Shown here: positions 63,652 to 64,000 of the stretch, one piece after another
Layout of the letters: the number at the start of each line of letters is the position of its first letter
Position numbering within the stretch: the stretch's first letter is position 1
DNA from: a virus
IMG/VR virus record: IMGVR_UViG_3300037470_000672
Span: 64,001-128,000 of that record
Length of the DNA stretch: 64,000 nt
Strand: one strand, 5' to 3'
Translations under genes and position numbers: made by a program
Notes under the pieces: generated by a model
What the model saw: only the letters and a program-made list of their open reading frames with translations
Databases searched by the model: none
What the model was told of the DNA's origin: nothing

Positions 63652-64000
63652 GGCGAATCCTCCGGACTCACGTCGGCTTGGGCAGCAGCTTCTACAAAAC
63701 ACCGCGCCACAGAGATTGGAAAGAGAACTTCCGACAGAACGTTGCGAAAATCGGCAAGTGTGTTGACGCTCGCGTCCTGTTGGATTGTGAGCACCTTCTC
63801 CGCAGCGGTACTGACCGTCTCTAGGTGCTCGGACAACTCCACTTGGACCCTGTCCGCGAGGCTATCAGCGCCATCTCGGAATTCCAAAGAACCGAGCGGC
63901 CTCGCATCCCCAAAGTCGAAGCTGTTGAGCTTGTTGCGCTCATCCCTAAGCATGCGCACCAGGTCTTCAAGATCGGTAACGACCTGCATTCGGTCATCAT
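63648..64000 (-). CDS. Head-module protein, probably 5'-truncated by window edge
   Basis: Frame stays open beyond ATG 63989 to window end; stop coupled to next gene. Confidence 0.55.
   Translation of the reverse strand, partial: DDRMQVVTDLEDLVRMLRDERNKLNSFDFGDARPLGSLEFRDGADSLADRVQVELSEHLETVSTAAEKVLTIQQDASVNTLADFRNVLSEVLFPISVARCFVEAAAQADVSPEDSP
63874..63897 (-). repeat. Hairpin-repeat copy inside CDS
   Basis: 22/24 identity to core of 14527 copy. Confidence 0.8.

Noticed and set aside
1-64000. tRNA/rRNA genes, integrase or att sites, stop-codon reassignment
   Set aside because: Intergenic gaps are too short and show no cloverleaf; all three stops terminate full-length recognisable proteins

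Overview
64 kb of a large, GC-rich, T4-like myovirus (probably a jumbo phage). About 69 genes lie on the minus strand in standard code 11. Read in transcription order (right to left) they are: head module (gp68-like core, gp21 protease fused to scaffold, gp23-like capsid, terminator, free-standing LAGLIDADG homing endonuclease); neck (gp13, gp14, gp15-like); tail (975-aa sheath, two gp19-like tubes, a HicB-like / dead-HNH-RHH islet, chaperone with a -1 frameshift signal, tape measure); baseplate (LysM, hub, spike, gp25, gpJ-like); a patatin phospholipase; LamG fibres; amidase endolysin; three paralogous fibres with two chaperones; a sigma70-driven small-gene cassette; decoration proteins; a secreted protein; GroES; DNA methylase; ThyX. 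No tRNA, integrase, reverse transcriptase or cas gene is visible. The least explained signals are two dispersed non-coding element families. (1) A ~36-nt hairpin repeat, GTTGAAAAGATGCTCGGATCTTTGAAATTCCGAGAC (minus strand), has five clear copies plus two weaker ones, always co-oriented with transcription. It abuts ribosome-binding sites, forms one repeat-33 nt spacer-repeat mini-array, and shows a covarying base pair. (2) A perfect palindrome, CCGCCCGTACGGGCGG, occurs three times. A second candidate -1 frameshift (G GGA AAG plus hairpin) sits right next to one repeat copy. All family assignments are by motif recognition only; no searches were run. A myxobacterial host is only a weak inference.
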